Shown in pieces: positions 37,047-50,801 of a DNA stretch of 64,000 nt. This stretch comes from Candidatus Stammera capleta (GTDB lineage Bacteria; Pseudomonadota; Gammaproteobacteria; Enterobacterales; Enterobacteriaceae): assembly GCA_036689415.1 (NCBI GenBank), contig CP144817.1, forward strand, positions 42,253-106,252, read 5' to 3'. The stretch's first letter is position 1; each line of letters opens with the position of its first letter. The translations under genes and the position numbers were made by a program. The notes beneath the pieces are model-generated. The model did no database searches. It worked only from the letters and a program-made list of their open reading frames with translations, and was not told where the DNA came from.

Positions 37047-38231
37047 TTATTTTATTTTTATAATTTTTGGTTTTTCTTTATTTTTTATTGTATTTTTATT
37101 AATTATTATTTTTTTTATATTTTTTTTTGATGGATAAATATACATTATATTTTTTAATTTTTTTTCTATTATATTTTTTAATCCTCTAGCACCTATTTTT
37201 TTCTTTATGGATTCTTTTACTATTTCTTTTAAAGATTTTTTTGTAAATTTTAATTCTATATTATCTAATTTAAATAAATATTTATAATATTTTATTATTG
37301 AATTTTTTGTTTTAGTTAAAACTTTAAATAAAGATTTTTTATTTAATTTTTTTAATTTTATTATAATTGGTATTCTTCCTATAAATTCTGGTATTAATCC
37401 AAATTTTATTAAATCTTCAGTTTCTATTTTATTATTATTTTTTTTTTTGATATTTAAATTAGCATTAAAACCAATTTCATTATTATTTTCTAATCTTTTA
37501 TTAATAATATTATTTATTCCATTAAATGTTCCACTACATATAAATAATATATTTTTTGTATTTATTGGTATATATTCATCTTGAGGATGTTTTCTTCCTC
37601 CTTTTGGGGGAATATAAGTTATTGTTCCTTCTATCATTTTTAATAGAGATTGTTGTACTCCTTCACCTGATACATCTCTAGTTATTGATATATTATGTGT
37701 TTTTTTTGCTATTTTATCTATTTCATCTATAAAAATTATACTATTTTCTGTTTTTTTTATATCAAAATTACATTTTTGTAATAAATTATATATTATATTT
37801 TCTACATCTTCTCCTACATATCCCGCTTCAGTAAATCTTGTAGCATCTGCTATTGATACTGGTATATTAAATTCTTTTTCTATTACTTCTGCTATTAATG
37901 TTTTTCCACTACCTGTAGGTCCTATTAATAATATATTTGATTTATTAAAAATATTTTTATTATTATTATTATTATTAATTAATTTGTAGTGATTATATAT
38001 TGTTGTTGATATTATTTTTTTTACATTATTTTGACCAATAATAAATTTATCTAATATATTTTTTATATTTTTAGGTTTATATTTATCTGTATTAAAATAA
38101 TTATATTTTTTATTTTTTTTCTTTTTAATTAAATTTAGACAGTAATTGCATATATATATATTTTTATTTGATATATTATTTTTACAAATAGAACAATATA
38201 TTTCTATATTATTTTTTTCTTTTATATTCAT
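37047..38231 (-). CDS. clpX: ATP-dependent Clp protease ATP-binding subunit ClpX
   Basis: It has an N-terminal Cys4 zinc motif (CSIC...CNYC), [22 protein letters not shown] and GARGLKNIIE. Length is 394 aa. Confidence 0.93.
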   Translation of the reverse strand: MNIKEKNNIEIYCSICKNNISNKNIYICNYCLNLIKKKKNKKYNYFNTDKYKPKNIKNILDKFIIGQNNVKKIISTTIYNHYKLINNNNNNKNIFNKSNILLIGPTGSGKTLIAEVIEKEFNIPVSIADATRFTEAGYVGEDVENIIYNLLQKCNFDIKKTENSIIFIDEIDKIAKKTHNISITRDVSGEGVQQSLLKMIEGTITYIPPKGGRKHPQDEYIPINTKNILFICSGTFNGINNIINKRLENNNEIGFNANLNIKKKNNNKIETEDLIKFGLIPEFIGRIPIIIKLKKLNKKSLFKVLTKTKNSIIKYYKYLFKLDNIELKFTKKSLKEIVKESIKKKIGARGLKNIIEKKLKNIMYIYPSKKNIKKIIINKNTIKNKEKPKIIKIK

Positions 38232-38232
38232 A

Positions 38233-38844
38233 TTAAATTTTATTTTTTTTTTTATTAAAATATTTACGTTTAGTTATTATTTTATCTATTATTCCATATT
38301 TTAATGCTTTTTTTGGTGATAAAAATTTATCTCTTTCAATATCTATTTTAATTTTATTATATTTTTGTCCAGTATTAATAGAAAGTAAATTTATAATTTT
38401 ATTTTTAATTTTAATTATTTCTCTTGCTTGAATTTCTATATCTGAAGCTTGTCCTCTAAAGCCTCCTAAAGGTTGATGAATCATTATTCTTGAATTTGGT
38501 AAGCTAAATCTTTTATTTTTTTCTCCTGAAGATAATAATATAGCAGCCATTGAACATGCTTGACCTATACATATAGTATTTATTTTAGGTTGAATGAATT
38601 TCATAGTATCATATATAGACATACCTGATGTTATAACTCCTCCTGGTGAATTTATATACATATATATATCTTTTTTTTTGTTTTGTGATTCTAAAAATAA
38701 AAGTTGTGTAATTATTGTATTTGATATTTGATCTTCTATATATCCTGTTAAGAATATAATTCTATTATTTAATAATTTTGAATATATATTATATATGTGT
38801 TTATTTTCACTTAATATATTTTTATCTTGTTTTTTGAAATACAT
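38233..38844 (-). CDS. clpP: ATP-dependent Clp protease proteolytic subunit ClpP
   Basis: [29 protein letters not shown] (catalytic Ser) and IMIHQPLGG (His) are present. Length is 203 aa. Confidence 0.95.
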   Translation of the reverse strand: MYFKKQDKNILSENKHIYNIYSKLLNNRIIFLTGYIEDQISNTIITQLLFLESQNKKKDIYMYINSPGGVITSGMSIYDTMKFIQPKINTICIGQACSMAAILLSSGEKNKRFSLPNSRIMIHQPLGGFRGQASDIEIQAREIIKIKNKIINLLSINTGQKYNKIKIDIERDKFLSPKKALKYGIIDKIITKRKYFNKKKNKI

Positions 38845-38882
38845 AGTTTTTTTTTTAATTTATTGTTAATAATGATTAATTA

Positions 38883-39317
38883 TTATTTTTTTTTTATATT
38901 TTTATTTATATTATCTAATATTTTATTAATTAATTTATAACTATTATATGCTCCAAATTTTTTTGCTATTAATATACTTTCATTTATTATTATTTTATAT
39001 GGTAATAATTTACTTATTTTTAATTCATATATTGATAAATATAATATTGATAATTCAATTATTCCTATATATTTTGTATTATTATATACATATTTATTTA
39101 TTATTTTATTTATAAAATTATAATATCTCTGTATTCCATTTAAAATTTTAATTAAATATTCAATATTTATATTTTTAAGTATATTTTTTTTAATTTTTTT
39201 AAATTCTTTAATTTTATATTTTATATTATTTTTATTTTTAAATATATTTCATGAATATATAATTTGTAATGCTAATTCTCTTGTTTTAATATTAATATTG
39301 TATTTTTTTTTTTGCAT
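38883..39317 (-). CDS. nusB: Transcription antitermination factor NusB
   Basis: The start complement is at 39315-39317. TRELALQIIYSW (TGA), ELSILYLSIYEL, PYKIIINESILIAKKFGAYNSYKLINKILD are collinear with NusB. The gene is not in the ORF track because of an early TGA. Length is 144 aa. Confidence 0.82.
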
Positions 39318-39331
39318 TTATATTATATATA

Positions 39332-39553
39332 TTATTTATTGCTTCTAAAAATTATTCTTCCTTTATTAATATCATAATGACTAATTTCAACTTTAACTTT
39401 ATCTCCTTTTAAAATTTTTATATAATTTTTTCTCATTTTTCCTGATATATGTGCTATTATTTTATGTCCATTATCTAATTTAATTTTAAACATAGTATTA
39501 GGTAATGTTTCTATTACTATTCCTTGTAATTCTATATTTTTTTCTTTTATCAT
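39332..39553 (-). CDS. infA: Translation initiation factor IF-1
   Basis: A 73-aa [49 protein letters not shown] is IF-1. Confidence 0.95.
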   Translation of the reverse strand: MIKEKNIELQGIVIETLPNTMFKIKLDNGHKIIAHISGKMRKNYIKILKGDKVKVEISHYDINKGRIIFRSNK

Positions 39554-39562
39554 TTTTATATT

Positions 39563-40507
<945 letters not shown>

Positions 40508-40605
40508 TTATATAATATTTTTAAATATTTTATTAATATATAATAGATTTTATTATATAATTATTTTAATTATATTTTAAAATTAATTATTAAATTATAT
40601 TATTT

Positions 40606-41901
40606 ATGTTAAATATTAAATTATTATTGAATAATACTTCTTATTTTGCAAAAAAAATTAAAATTCGTGATGAAAATTTTAATATTAATAAAATATTAAA
40701 TATTTATTTAATTTATAAAAAATTATTAAATGAAATAGAATTTATGCAATGTAAACGTAATTATTTATCTAAAAAAGTTTTTTTTTATAAAAATAAAATT
40801 TATGATTTATTATATTTAAAATATTTTTTAAAATTAATAAAATATAATATTTTTTTTAAAAAAAAAAAAAAAAATAAAATTTTATATATTTTAAATAAAA
40901 TGATGTCTTATATACCTAATATAATTAGTGATGATGTTCCATTAGGAAATGATGATAATTTTAATAAAATTATATATAAATGAGGAAGTATAAAAAAATA
41001 TAATTTTAAAATTATTGATCATATTAATTTTGGATTATTAAGTAATAATATAGATTTTAAAATTTCTAGTGTTATTAGTGGTTCATCTTTTAGTGTTATT
41101 AAAAATGATATTTGTATGTTATATAGAGCTATTTCTCAATTTATGTTAGATACTCATGTTATTATAAATAAATATTCTGAAATCTATGTTCCTTATATTG
41201 TGAAAGATATATGTTTATATGGAACTGGTCAATTACCTAAATTTTATAATGATTTATTTCATATTTCTAATAAAGATAAAAAAGAAAAATTATTTTTAAT
41301 TCCTACAGCTGAAGTTTCTTTAGTTAATTTATTTAGAAATAAAATTTTGTATAATAAAGATTTACCAATTAAATTAGTTTCTTGTACTCCTTGTTTTAGA
41401 TATGAATCTAAATCTTATGGAAAGGAAAATAAAGGTTTAATTAGATTAAATCAATTTGATAAAGTTGAATTAGTACAAATAGTTAAACCTGAATTTTCAT
41501 CATATTATTTAGATAAATTAACTTTAGATGCTGAAAAAATATTAAAAATGTTAAAGTTACCGTATCGTAAAGTATTATTATGTAGTGGTTGTATAAGTTT
41601 TAGTTCATCTAAAACATATGATTTGGAAGTTTGATCTCCTATTAGTAATTCTTATATAGAAGTATCTTCTTGTTCTAATACATTGGATTTTCAATCTAGA
41701 CGTATAAATTTACGTTATAAAGATATTAATAAAAAAAAAGAGTTTTTACATATATTAAATGGTTCTGGTTTAGCTATTGGAAGAATTTTAATAGCTATAA
41801 TAGAGAATTTTCAAATTAGTAGTGGTTTAATAAAATTACCTAAAGTATTATATAAATATATGAATGGTAAAAAATATATTGATTGTTTTAAAAAATATTA
41901 A
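40606..41901 (+). CDS. serS: Seryl-tRNA synthetase
   Basis: Three same-frame ORFs join through TGA. They have an N-terminal coiled-coil arm, LIPTAEVSLVNL, TPCFRYE, GLIRLNQFDKVE and LNGSGLAIGRILIAIIEN. Length is 431 aa. Confidence 0.9.
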
Positions 41902-41924
41902 ATATTTGACATAATAAAAATATT

Positions 41925-42938
41925 ATGAATATACATAGATTTTCTGTTGCTCCTATGTTAGGTTTAACAGATAAATATTGTCGTTATTTTTATAGTTTAT
42001 TAAATAATAATATAAAATTATATACAGGTATGATACATACTTCTTCTTTTTTATTTAGATATAAAAATAAGATGTTATCTTATAATTTTATAAAGAATAA
42101 TATTGTTGCTATACAATTTATAAGTAATAATCCTAAAGATTTATATATTTGTTCTAAAATAGCAGAAAAATTAAATTTTTCTGAAATAAATTTTAATATA
42201 GGTTGTCCTTCTTTAAATTGTAATAAAAATAAATTAGGATTTTATTTGTATAATAATATAAATCTAATTATAGATTGTTTGAATGCTATAAGATATGCAT
42301 CTGAAAAAGTAATTTTATCTATAAAATTACGTATTAATATTTTATATTCTTATGAAGAATTTTTAGATTTTATTTATAAAATTTATTTTAAAACTAATTG
42401 TAAAATTTTTATTATTCATGCAAGAAGTATTTTGAAAAATAATTTTTCTCCAAAATTTAATTTAAATTATCCTAAATTAAATTATAATATAGTTTATAAA
42501 ATAAAAAAAGAATTACCAAATTTAATAATAATTATTAATGGTAATATAAATAATATTAAAGATATTGATAATCATCTTAAATATGTAGATGGTGTTATGA
42601 TAGGTAGATATATATATAAAAATCCATTATTTTTATTAAATATAGATAATAAATATAATAAAAAAAATAATTTTTTTTATGAAAATAATTTTTTTAATTA
42701 TAAAAAGAAAATTAGTTTTAAAATTAGAAAAATATTATTTTATTTATATAAATATATTAAAAATATAATGTATGTAAAAAACATAAATCCTATAAATATT
42801 ATTAAACATGTTTGTAATATCTTTTATAATATAAAAAATTCTTATAGATTACGTTTAAATTTAATAAAATCATCATATATTTTTGAAAAATTTAATAATT
42901 ATATTAATTTTGAAAATTTTATTATTAATAATAGTTAA
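41925..42938 (+). CDS. dusA: tRNA-dihydrouridine synthase A
   Basis: HRFSVAPMLGLTDKYCRYFYSLL is the DusA N-terminal signature. NIGCPS holds the catalytic Cys, and IIHARS is present. Length is 337 aa. Confidence 0.82.
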   Translation: MNIHRFSVAPMLGLTDKYCRYFYSLLNNNIKLYTGMIHTSSFLFRYKNKMLSYNFIKNNIVAIQFISNNPKDLYICSKIAEKLNFSEINFNIGCPSLNCNKNKLGFYLYNNINLIIDCLNAIRYASEKVILSIKLRINILYSYEEFLDFIYKIYFKTNCKIFIIHARSILKNNFSPKFNLNYPKLNYNIVYKIKKELPNLIIIINGNINNIKDIDNHLKYVDGVMIGRYIYKNPLFLLNIDNKYNKKNNFFYENNFFNYKKKISFKIRKILFYLYKYIKNIMYVKNINPINIIKHVCNIFYNIKNSYRLRLNLIKSSYIFEKFNNYINFENFIINNS

Positions 42939-42988
42939 TTTATTTTTTTTTAAAAAAGTAATTTATAATTATATTATTTTTATATAAT

Positions 42989-44629
42989 TTATTTATTTTT
43001 TGCTATTTTAAAAGCTTCTACCATACTATTAAATGAGAAATTTTTATTTTTTTTATCTTTTTTATTTTTTGTCTTAGGATTTATAGTTAAATATATTATT
43101 CTTTTTTTTTCATCTATTTTAATTATTTTTGTATATAAAATATCATTTATTTTATTTTTTTTAATTAAATATTTATATTTTTTATTTTTTTTATCGTTAA
43201 TATCTATTTGTCCTTCTATTTTATCTTTAAATTTTACATATATAATATTATTATTTATATTTATTATTTTAGATTTTATATTTTTTTTATCTTTATATAT
43301 TTTTATATATTTTATAAAAGGATCTTTTTTAAGTTGTTTTAAACCTAAATAAATTTTTTCTTTATTTATATTTATTTGAAGTAATATAGTAGTTATTTTA
43401 TCTCCTTTTTTATATTTATTTATTTTATAATTATTAAATCAAGAAATATCTGTATTATGTATTAAACCATCTATATTATTTAATTTTACAAATATACCAA
43501 AATCTGTTATAGATTTAATTATTCCTTTTATTTTACTACCTATTTTATATTTTTTAGAAAATTCTAATCATGGATTAGGATTACATTGTTTTATTCCTAA
43601 TGATATTCTTCTTTTTTCTTTATTTATATTTAATATAATTGCATTTGTTTTTTGACCTATTTTAAAGATTTTAAATGGATTAATATTTTTATTTTTTCAA
43701 TTCATTTCAGAAATATGTACTAATCCTTCTATTCCTTCTTTTATTTCTATAAAACATCCATAATCTGTTATATTTGTTATTTTTCCTTTTATTTTACTAT
43801 TTATAGGATAATTTTTATCTATAGATGTTCATGGATCTTTACTAAGTTGTTTTAAACCTAATGATACTCTTATTTTTTCTTTATCAAATTTTATTACTTT
43901 TAATTTTATTTTTTGTCCTATATTTAATATTTCACTTGGATGTTTTACTCTTTTTCATGCTATATCAGTTATATGTAATAAACCATCTAATCCACCTAAA
44001 TCTATAAATGCTCCATAATCTGTTATATTTTTTACTGTTCCATATAAACAAATTCCTTCATATATATTTTTAAGTAGTTTTTTTCTTTCATAAATATTTT
44101 CATTTAATATAACTGCTTTTCTAGAAAGAACTATATTATTTTTTTTTTTATCTAATTTTATTATTTTAAATTCTAATTCTTTTCCTTCTATTTCTGATAA
44201 ATTTTTTATAGGTTTTATATCTATTAGTGATCCTGGTAAAAAAGCTTTTATACCTTCTATATTTACTGTTAATCCACCTTTTACTCTACCTTTTATAATT
44301 CCTTTTATATTTAAAGATTTATTATATGATTTTTCTATATTTAATCATGTTTCATATTTTTTTGCTTTATCTCTAGATAATATTGTTTCTCCTCATTCTC
44401 CTGCTATATTATCTATTGAAACATCTATTATATCATTTATATTTATATTTAATTTTCCATCTATATCTTTAAATTGTTCTATTGGAATATATGATTCTGA
44501 TTTTAGCCCTGCATCTACTATTACTATGTTATGTTCTATATTTATAATTTTACCTTTTATTATAGAACCATGTTTAATGTTTTTTTTATTTATTGATTTT
44601 TTAAATAATTTTTGAAATAATTTATTCAT
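42989..44629 (-). CDS. rpsA: 30S ribosomal protein S1
   Basis: The N-terminal ORF (LFQKLFKKS...[35 protein letters not shown]) is S1. The frame continues through many TGA across repeated S1 domains to the TAA complement at 42989-42991. Length is 546 aa. Confidence 0.88.
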
Positions 44630-44646
44630 ATTTTTATATAAATTTA

Positions 44647-45108
<462 letters not shown>

Positions 45109-45205
45109 TTTATATTTTTATTTTTTTTAAAAAAATTATTTTAAAATTTATATTATTATATTATATATATAAAAAAATATATATATAAATTTTTATTTAT
45201 ATAAT

Positions 45206-46585
45206 TTATATATTTGATATTTCATATTCATTTGTAGTATAGTTATCAAATCTAGATATTTTTCCGTTAAAAAATAAATTTATTGTTCCTGTAGGACCAT
45301 TACGTTGTTTACTTATTATTATTTCTGTTATTCCTTTCATTTTTTTAAAATTATTATATAATTCATCTCTATATATAAACATTATTAAATCTGCATCTTG
45401 TTCAATTGATCCAGATTCTCTAAGGTCTGAATTAACTGGTCTTTTATCTACTCTTTGTTCTGAAGATCTATTTAATTGAGATAAAGCTATTATAGGTATT
45501 TTTAATTCTTTTGCTAATAATTTTAGTGAACGAGAAATATCAGCTATTTCTAATGCTCTATTTTCTAAGTATGATGAAGATTTCATTAATTGTAAATAAT
45601 CTATCATTACTAAACTTAATCCTTTATTTTCTCTATATATTCTTCTTGTTTTTGATCTTATTTCATTAGGTGTTATTGTACACGAATCATCTATAAATAT
45701 ATTTTTTTTTTTTTTAAGTAAATCTATTGTATTTGATATTTTTATTCAATCTTGGTAATTTAATTTTCCTGTTTTTATTTTACTTTGTTTAATTCTAGAT
45801 AAAGAAGATATTATTTTTATTATTATTTGTTCTGAAGACATTTCTAAACTAAAAATTAAAACAGGTTTTTTTTGAGATATAGATATATTTTCACATAAAT
45901 TTATAGCGAATGTAGTTTTACCCATTGATGGTCTACTTGCTATAATTATTAAATCTGATTTTTGTAATCCAAAAGTTTTTTTATTTAAATCTATATATCC
46001 TGTATCTATTCCAGTTATATCAAAACTAGGATTTTTGTATAAATTTTTTATTTTTTTTTTAGTTTTTTTTAATATTAAATTTATATTTTTTGGATTATTA
46101 TTATTTACTTTTTTTTCTGATATTTTTAATATTTTTGATTCTGCTATATCTATTATATCCTTACTATCTTTGCCATTTGGATTATAACTTGTTAATATAA
46201 TTTCATTGGCTATATTTATAATTTCTCTTAATGTTGATTTTTCTTTAATTATTTGTGCATAATAATCAATATTAGTTAAATTATTTATATTTTGTGAAAT
46301 TTCTACTAAATAATTAAATCCTCCTATTATTTCTAATTTTTTATTTTTTTCTAATGATTCTGATAATGTAATTATATCTATTGGTTTACATAATTTAGAT
46401 AATTTATTCATTTCATTGAATATTATTTGATGAGATTTATAAAAAAAATCTTTTTCTTTTATTATTTCATTTATTTTTTCTAATTTATTATTGTTTAAAA
46501 TTAATCCACCTAATATTGATTGTTCTGATTCAACAGAATATGGTTGTATATTTATTTTATTATTTATATTTTTATTATTATTCAT
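45206..46585 (-). CDS. dnaB: Replicative DNA helicase DnaB
   Basis: Two same-frame ORFs are bridged by TGA. PYSVESEQSILGGLI, IIASRPSMGKTTFAINL (Walker A), VMIDYLQLM and ISKQRNGPTG are present. Length is 459 aa. Confidence 0.93.
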
Positions 46586-46693
46586 ATATTTGTTTTTGAT
46601 TTTTTTTATTATTAAAATAATAATTTATTTATATTTTTTAATTATTATTTTTATATAATATAAAATATATTTATATATTATATATATAATATT

Positions 46694-47260
46694 TTATATT
46701 ATATATTTTATAAATAAATAAAATTTGATATTATTACTTTCTTTTTTTTTGTAAATTTTTCATGTTTTTGGTATTTTTATATTTTTATTTTTCTTATATG
46801 TTTCTATATATATCAAGCTATTTTTTTTTATTAAATTATTATTTTCTATTATTTTTATACATTCATTTAATAAATTTATCATTTTATATGGAGGATCTAA
46901 AAATATTAAATCAAATTTAGTTTTATTTTTTTTTTTTAATCAAATTAATGAATTTATATTTATTATTTTGTAATTTAAATTATTTATATTATTAATATTT
47001 TTTTTTATATTTTTAAATATTTTATAATTTTTTTCTAAAAATATTACATATTTTGCATTATTTGATAAACATTCTATACCTAGTATTCCACTACCTGAAA
47101 AACAATCTAAACATATTTTATTTTTTATATATTTATATAATCAACTAAATAATGTTTTTCTAATATTTATTAATGTTGGTTTTAATAATTTATTATTTAT
47201 AGTTTTAATATGTATATTTTTGTATTTTCCTGAAATTATTTTTATATATTTTTTTTTCAT
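46694..47260 (-). CDS. rsmD: 16S rRNA (guanine966-N2)-methyltransferase RsmD
   Basis: The start complement is at 47258-47260. IISGKYKN, LKPTLINIRKTLFSW (TGA) L, CLDCFSGSGILGIECLS, FDLIFLDPPY are collinear with RsmD. Length is 188 aa. Confidence 0.75.
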
Positions 47261-47383
47261 TATTTATTATAATTTTATTTTATATTTGTTATTATTAATG
47301 TATAAATTATTTTATTAAATTTAAAATATATTTTAATTTATGTTTATAATATATATAAATTTATATTATTATTATGTATTAAT

Positions 47384-48253
47384 ATGTTTAATAATATTGT
47401 TAATTCTAAATTGTTTAATATAAATAATTTAGATTATTATATATATATGGTTAGTTCTTTACCTATATTATCTTTAAAAAAAGAACATAAATTAATTACT
47501 AGATTTTATTATTATAATGATTTAGATTCTGTAAAAGAATTAGTTTTATTGAATTTACGTTTTGTTATATATATAAGTAAAAATTATTCTAGTTATGGAT
47601 TATCTCAATTAGATTTAATACAAGAGGGAAATATTGGTTTAATGAAATCTATAAAAAAATTTAATCCATTTTTTGGTGTTAGATTAATATCTTTTGCTAT
47701 TCATTGAATTAAAGCAGAAATAAATAATTATATATTAAGAAATTGAAAAATTGTAAGGATTGCTACTACTAAATCTCAACGTAAATTATTTTTTAATTTA
47801 AGAAAAATTAAAAAGAAGATTGGTTGATTTAATAATAAAGAAATAAGATTTATTTCTCGTAAATTAAATGTTTCTAAAAAAGATATAGTAGAAATGGAAT
47901 CTAGAATGTTTAATAAAGATATAGAAATAGATTTTTATAAAAATAATTTTTTTAATAAAAATAAAGTATTTTTGAATGTTTTAGGAGATAAGAATTCTAA
48001 TTTTGCTAATAATATAGAAATATATAATTGAAAAAAATATATTTTAAAAAAATTAAAAATAGCTTTGAATTTATTGGATAATAGAAGTAAATATATAATT
48101 ATTTCTAGATGATTAAATAATAAAAAAAAAAAAACTTTAAAAAAATTAGCTAAATATTATTCAGTATCTGCTGAAAGAATTCGTCAAATAGAAAAAAATG
48201 CTATGAAAAAGATTAAAATTTTTTTGAAAGAAAAAGAAGTAATTTTTAAATAA
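47384..48253 (+). CDS. rpoH: RNA polymerase sigma-32 factor RpoH
   Basis: The product reads [38 protein letters not shown]...FAIHW (TGA) [33 protein letters not shown]. This includes the RpoH box. TAA at 48251-48253 gives 289 aa. Confidence 0.92.
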
Positions 48254-48293
48254 AATTTTATTTATTATTAATAATTTATATTATAGGTTTTTT

Positions 48294-48818
48294 GTGACTA
48301 CTATATTAAGTGTTAGAAGAAAAAATTTGGTTGTTATGGGTGGTGATGGACAAGCTACTTTTGGAAATATAATTTTAAAAAGTAATGTAAGGAAAATTCG
48401 TAAGTTATATTCAAATAAAGTTATTGTTGGATTTGCTGGAGGTACAGCAGATGCTTTTACATTATTTGAATATTTTGAAAAAAAGTTAGAAATTTATCAA
48501 GGACATATAATAAAATCAGCTGTCGAATTAGCTAAAGATTGAAGGACTGATAGAACTTTAAGAAGATTAGAAGCATTATTAGCTATTGTTGATATAAAAT
48601 ATTCTTTAATAATTAGTGGTAATGGAGATATTATTCAACCTGAAAATAATTTGATTGCTATTGGTAGTGGAGGGTCTTATGCTTTAGCTTCTGCTAGATC
48701 TCTATTAGAAAATACTAATTTAGATGCTAAATGTATAGTAAAAAAATCTTTATCTATTTCAGCTGATATATGTTTATATACTAATCATAATTTTATTATA
48801 GAAAAATTATATTATTAA
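48294..48818 (+). CDS. hslV: ATP-dependent protease subunit HslV
   Basis: GTG start. [20 protein letters not shown]...[14 protein letters not shown]...AKDW (TGA) RTDR...IAIGSGG is collinear with HslV, including the catalytic Thr2. Length is 174 aa. Confidence 0.93.
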
Positions 48819-48836
48819 TATTATTAAAGGTTAAAT

Positions 48837-50156
48837 ATGTATAATGAAATGACTCCTAAAGAAATTGTTAATGAATTAGATAAATTTATTATTGGTCAAA
48901 ATAATGCTAAGAAAGCTGTTGCTATTGCTTTAAGGAATAGATGACGTAGAATGCAATTAAATAAAGAATTTCGTAATGAAATTACTCCTAAAAATATTTT
49001 AATGATAGGTCCTACAGGTGTAGGAAAAACTGAAATAGCTCGTCGTTTAGCGAAATTAAGTAATTCTCCTTTTATAAAAGTTGAAGCTACTAAATTTACT
49101 GAAGTAGGTTATGTTGGTAAAGAAGTTGATTCTATTATTAGAGATTTATTAGATTATGCTGTAAAAATGATTAAAAATCAAACTGTAAAAATGAATATAT
49201 TAAAAGCAAAAAAATTAGCTGAACAACGTATATTAAATATTTTAATTCAAAATTTAGATAAAGAAAATGATAAAAAATATATTATTAAAAAAGATTCTAT
49301 ATTAAATAAATTACGTAATGGTGATTTAGATGATAAAGTTATTGATATTAATATTAATATTCCATCTTTAGGTATAGAAATAATGTCTCCTCCTGGAATG
49401 GAAGAAATGACAAATCAATTACAATCTATATTTCGTAATTTAAGTAGTAAAAAAAAAAAAATACATAAATTAAAAATCAAAGATGCTATAAATTTACTTG
49501 TTGAAGAAGAATCATCTAAATTAGTTAATTTTGATGATGTTAAACGTAAAGCTATTAATTTAGTAGAACAACAAGGTATTGTTTTTATTGATGAAATAGA
49601 TAAAATTTGTAAAAGAGGTGAAATTAGTGATTCTGGAGTTTCTAGAGAGGGAGTACAAAGAGATTTATTACCTTTAGTTGAAGGTTGTACTGTATCTACA
49701 AAATATGGTGTTGTGAAAACTGATTATATATTATTTATAGCTTCAGGATCATTTCAGTTTTGTAGTACTTCTGATTTAATACCTGAATTGCAGGGAAGAT
49801 TACCTATTAAAGTAGAATTAAGTCCTTTAACTAGTAAGGATTTTGAAAAAATTTTAGTTGAACCTAATATTTCTATTACTTCTCAATATAAAAGTTTATT
49901 AAAAGTTGAAGGTATTAATATAAAATTTACTGATGATGGTATAAAATCTTTAGCTAATATTTCTTGAAAAATTAACGAAAATACTGATAACATAGGAGCT
50001 AGAAGATTACATACTGTATTAGAAAAATTAATAGAAGATATATCTTTTAATATTACTGATTATAAAGATAAATTAGTTTTAATAGATTCTAAATATGTAA
50101 ATTTAAAGTTAAATAACTTGATTGTAAATGAAGATTTAAGTAAATTTATATTATAA
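48837..50156 (+). CDS. hslU: ATP-dependent protease ATPase subunit HslU
   Basis: ATG at 48837. [32 protein letters not shown] (TGA 48942) [22 protein letters not shown] and [11 protein letters not shown] are present. The frame passes through TGA 49965 to TAA 50154-50156. Length is 439 aa. Confidence 0.95.
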
Positions 50157-50267
50157 TTTTTTTTTTATTAAATTATATTATTATTTATTTTTTATTAAAA
50201 TATTTTATATTTGTTTATTTTTATTTTTTTTGTTATTATATATATAAATATTTAGATAAAATTATAT

Positions 50268-50543
50268 ATGAGATTAAAAAAGTGAAATAGAAGTATAGCT
50301 ATTAATATAGCTTTAAAAGAAAATATTGTTTTAAATATATATTATTGAAGGATAATTTTTTATTTTAGATTTTTTTATATAAAAAATTATAATATTCCTA
50401 ATGTTAGGAATTTATTAAATTTTTTAAATAAAAAATATAATAATAATTATAATAGTTTATATTTATATAAATTATTTCCAAAAGGTTTTATGAAACAAAT
50501 TATTAAAATTACTTGTTTACCAAGTAATGTTAGATGTTTTTAA
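50268..50543 (+). CDS. Hypothetical 91-aa ORF (table 4 only); may instead be a non-coding structured leader
   Basis: The frame is open from ATG 50268 to TAA 50541 if the two TGA are read as Trp (MRLKKW NRSIAINIALKENIVLNIYYW RIIFYFRFF...). I recognise no family. There is no obvious SD, and the interval contains three perfect hairpins. Confidence 0.25.
50508..50528 (+). promoter_or_regulatory. Perfect 8-bp stem / 5-nt loop hairpin upstream of rpmE
   Basis: attacttg-tttac-caagtaat ends 48 nt upstream of the rpmE ATG. It stands out because it contains G/C pairs in otherwise pure A/T DNA. Its function is unknown; it could be a terminator remnant or an rpmE leader element. Confidence 0.3.
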
Positions 50544-50575
50544 TAATATTAATTAAATATATTTAAATTTTTTAT

Positions 50576-50788
50576 ATGAAAAAAAAAATACATCCAAATA
50601 TATTTTGTTTGAAAGTAAATTGTTCATGTGGTAATATAATTAATATTTTTTCTACGTTAAAAAATAATTTTTTTGTAGATGTATGTTATAAGTGTCATTC
50701 TTATTATACAGGTAAACAAAAAATTTCTTTTTCTAAAGGTAGAATAGAAAATTTAAGAAAAAGATTTAATAAAATTAATATTAAATAA
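50576..50788 (+). CDS. rpmE: 50S ribosomal protein L31
   Basis: A 70-aa ORF. MKKKIHPN, CSCGN, VDVCYKCHSYYTGKQK match L31 with the Cys motif. Confidence 0.93.
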   Translation: MKKKIHPNIFCLKVNCSCGNIINIFSTLKNNFFVDVCYKCHSYYTGKQKISFSKGRIENLRKRFNKINIK

Positions 50789-50801
50789 TATTAATATTTT
50801 T

